Virus record (IMG/VR): IMGVR_UViG_3300050821_003315
Reading direction: 5' to 3' (one strand)
DNA: 64,000 nt
Source of the DNA: a virus
The translations under genes and the position numbers were made by a program. The stretch's first letter is position 1. Each line of letters starts with the position of its first letter. Shown in pieces: positions 61,898 through 64,000 of the stretch. The notes beneath the pieces were generated by a model. That model was not told the DNA's origin. It saw nothing but the letters and a program-made list of their open reading frames with translations, and searched no databases.

Positions 61898-63012
61898 ACA
61901 ACGAGGCTGTAGGTGGCTGCCTTAGCGCCGACAACATCGGCGCGAACAGTTACCTTGTAAGTCCACTCACGATGAACGCTTACCTGAGCAGCGTTAGTGC
62001 TAACTACCTGAGAAGTAACCTTACCGTCCTGCTGTGACAGCAGTACTACGTACTTAGTCGCACCCGGAATTACGTCCCAGCTAATCGTCGCTGTTACGTA
62101 ATCAGATACCGTTAGTTGTGCCGGAGCAGGCGTCGGTGGTACCGGGGGAACCGGGGGAGCGGGAGTGGGGTTCGGAATAGGCTTGGACTTCTTGTTTACT
62201 AGAGCGCCCCACGTAGCAGGTCCTACGATACCATCGGCTGCTAGCTTGTTCACTGACTGGAACTCCTGTACAGCCTTCTTGACGGTAGGACCGAACGCAT
62301 CCGGACCACCATCAGCATTGCCTAGCTGAGCGTTGTGAGAATCCAGTAGAATTCGCAGCTTGTCAACAGCAGCCTTGTTCGTGCTACCTTCCTGTATGGT
62401 AGGCTCCTGCGGCGGGGGAAGAGGCCCGGTGCCAACCATGTACGTCGGCACGATAGACGTATCGTAAGCATTGTTAGTGGCGTACTGAGTAGCGTCTGCC
62501 TGCGGATAACCGCACGTACCGGGACCGCAGATATGCGCGCCGATGTAGTGCGCTGACCAGATGAAGTAAGACGAGCGAGGAATTCCCGCTGAGGTCAGAG
62601 CGTTCACAATGGACGAAGTCCAGCTAGCGCTGCCGTAGAACCACGGCTTAACAGCGCCACCGTGACTAGAGTTATGCCAGAAGCCGGGAGCGTTAGCCGG
62701 CACAGCGTCGCCAGGCTCGATGTCAATGCACATAGCGCCGTTAGCGCCGTTCGGAGAGACACTTACAATATAAGCACGCGGGAATCGTGCGCGCATCTCC
62801 GTCAAGTTGGCATAAGTACCGTTGTAGTAGCCTGCGTAGGCAGGAAAGCCTGGTTGTAGGTCAGATACAGTAACCGCATCTTCCATATAGATAACAGGCG
62901 TGCCCTTAAGCGCGCCTAGCTGCGGCGATACTGCCGATGCGACCCTCGTCTTGAGGGTCTTAAGAGAGCGAACGATAGGCACGGTATCCTCCAGGTGTGA
63001 CTGCTCACTCAA
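61894..63012 (-). CDS. Endolysin: GH25-like muramidase + peptidoglycan-binding domain + C-terminal beta domain
   Basis: DIEPGD, WSAHY, ATQY, DTS motifs; FGP.V..AV..FQ....L.ADGIVGP.TW.AL PG-binding motif. Confidence 0.85.
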   Translation of the reverse strand: MSEQSHLEDTVPIVRSLKTLKTRVASAVSPQLGALKGTPVIYMEDAVTVSDLQPGFPAYAGYYNGTYANLTEMRARFPRAYIVSVSPNGANGAMCIDIEPGDAVPANAPGFWHNSSHGGAVKPWFYGSASWTSSIVNALTSAGIPRSSYFIWSAHYIGAHICGPGTCGYPQADATQYATNNAYDTSIVPTYMVGTGPLPPPQEPTIQEGSTNKAAVDKLRILLDSHNAQLGNADGGPDAFGPTVKKAVQEFQSVNKLAADGIVGPATWGALVNKKSKPIPNPTPAPPVPPVPPTPAPAQLTVSDYVTATISWDVIPGATKYVVLLSQQDGKVTSQVVSTNAAQVSVHREWTYKVTVRADVVGAKAATYSLVV

Positions 63013-63028
63013 AGGATACCGTGCTTAG

Positions 63029-63415
63029 CTATTCTTGGGTAAGTGAAAACTTCCTATGATAATGCTCTCTAAGATGTTCCATAGTCGGATGTGAACCTGT
63101 CGCTTCAAGGTGGTGCCTCTTACACACCTTATAATCACCGACTGGATAACTACCGATACGCAAGCATTTATGCGTATGACAGTTAGCTTTCTTAGTGTGC
63201 ACCCAGATGAGCGTGCAAAGCGACGCAAGCATTCCCATAGACCACGGGAAGACACTACCGAAACCCGACCAGTAATTGTAGTCATGAGCTGTGCCGGGTG
63301 AGTTCTGGCTTCCGGTTTCGAAAGCTAGCCAATGCTGCCAGGCAGGGTAGAACTGAATCAGCGCGACTACGACTGCGCCTATGGCGAGTCCTAGTAGTAT
63401 CTGCTTACTCTTCAT
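63029..63415 (-). CDS. Membrane protein next to the lysin (possible holin-like)
   Basis: Two TM segments; Cys/His-rich C-terminus. Confidence 0.55.
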   Translation of the reverse strand: MKSKQILLGLAIGAVVVALIQFYPAWQHWLAFETGSQNSPGTAHDYNYWSGFGSVFPWSMGMLASLCTLIWVHTKKANCHTHKCLRIGSYPVGDYKVCKRHHLEATGSHPTMEHLREHYHRKFSLTQE

Positions 63416-63418
63416 TCA

Positions 63419-63799
63419 CTACCCCGCGAACTTATTCGCTTTTAGTTGGTTACACCGCCTGCAAAGAACCTGAAGGTTAGCGTAAGTGGTCTTGCCGCCC
63501 CAAGAATAAGGCGTGATGTGGTCTAGCTCCAGGCGCACGTCTGGGTGCGACTGTCGGTTGATGCCGCAGTGCTGGCAGGTGAAGTTGTCTCGTTGCAGGA
63601 TGGCGGCACGCAGCTCCTTGGAGACGTAACGTCCACCGCGAGTAGACTTACGCTGCCTGTAGGCAGCACGACGGGCACGGCGTATTGGGCCTCTGTAGAG
63701 ACGCCTCATGGCCTGCTGCTGTCTCAGTCTCTCACTGCGGGCCTGGTAATACCAGTACCCGCCTACCGCCAAAAGGATAAGAATCACGAGAATAGTCAT
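63419..63799 (-). CDS. HNH endonuclease with N-terminal TM anchor
   Basis: R..ILQRD.F.CQ.CG...LELDHI.P.S.GG.T...NLQ.LC..CN..K; MTILVILILLAVGGYWYY. Confidence 0.85.
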   Translation of the reverse strand: MTILVILILLAVGGYWYYQARSERLRQQQAMRRLYRGPIRRARRAAYRQRKSTRGGRYVSKELRAAILQRDNFTCQHCGINRQSHPDVRLELDHITPYSWGGKTTYANLQVLCRRCNQLKANKFAG

Positions 63800-63828
63800 G
63801 GCCCTGAGTATAGCACTCAGGGCCATGA
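63796..63828. promoter_or_regulatory. 14-bp perfect inverted repeat over a leaderless promoter
   Basis: TCATGGCCCTGAGT-atagc-ACTCAGGGCCATGA; minus-strand TATACT 7 nt before ATG 63799. Confidence 0.55.
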
Positions 63829-63838
63829 AATTATTCCG

Positions 63839-64000
63839 TTAGAACTTGGTCAGGTTGAGGGTCGGGTCATTGACGGCGAGGTGGACATGAGCCGTGCTGT
63901 GGTGAGCGCCGTGCCCGTAAGACGGGCAAGCACCTCCGGTCGTAGTCGTCCAATTCTGAGTCAGGGTCACACTGATGGTGGTATACGCATATCCGCTACC
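63839..64000 (-). CDS. C-terminus of a gene running off the window edge
   Basis: Open frame ...GYAYTTISVTLTQNW...LNLTKF-stop. Confidence 0.5.
   Translation of the reverse strand, partial: GSGYAYTTISVTLTQNWTTTTGGACPSYGHGAHHSTAHVHLAVNDPTLNLTKF

Overview
About 64 kb of a large double-stranded DNA phage of a filamentous, sporulating actinomycete (inferred from SsgA-like, Rpf-like, NamH-like and Ku genes and SigR-type promoters). The window probably starts at or near a genome end. It opens with about 1 kb of non-coding, motif-rich DNA, three small genes and a terminator. Next comes a ~1.5 kb interval (2136-3624) with no credible ORF, dense hairpins and pairing 5' and 3' ends; this candidate giant structured ncRNA is the most striking item. 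A long + strand run of small early/middle genes follows (to ~54 kb). It includes a TGACCCA iteron cluster (candidate origin), a GGCT/amidoligase/class-II glutamine amidotransferase operon, a DUF3631-like ATPase, LysM-Rpf, SsgA-like, Ku, a ricin-GH5 + GT2 pair, a C5 DNA methyltransferase and MazG-like genes. The last 10 kb is mixed-strand, with a NamH-like MurNAc hydroxylase, a GGQ release-factor-like protein, HNH nucleases and an endolysin. Several genes point to a phage toolkit for remodelling the host cell wall. I recognised no capsid, terminase, integrase, canonical tRNA, rRNA or CRISPR array. All assignments come from reading motifs by eye; no database search was run.
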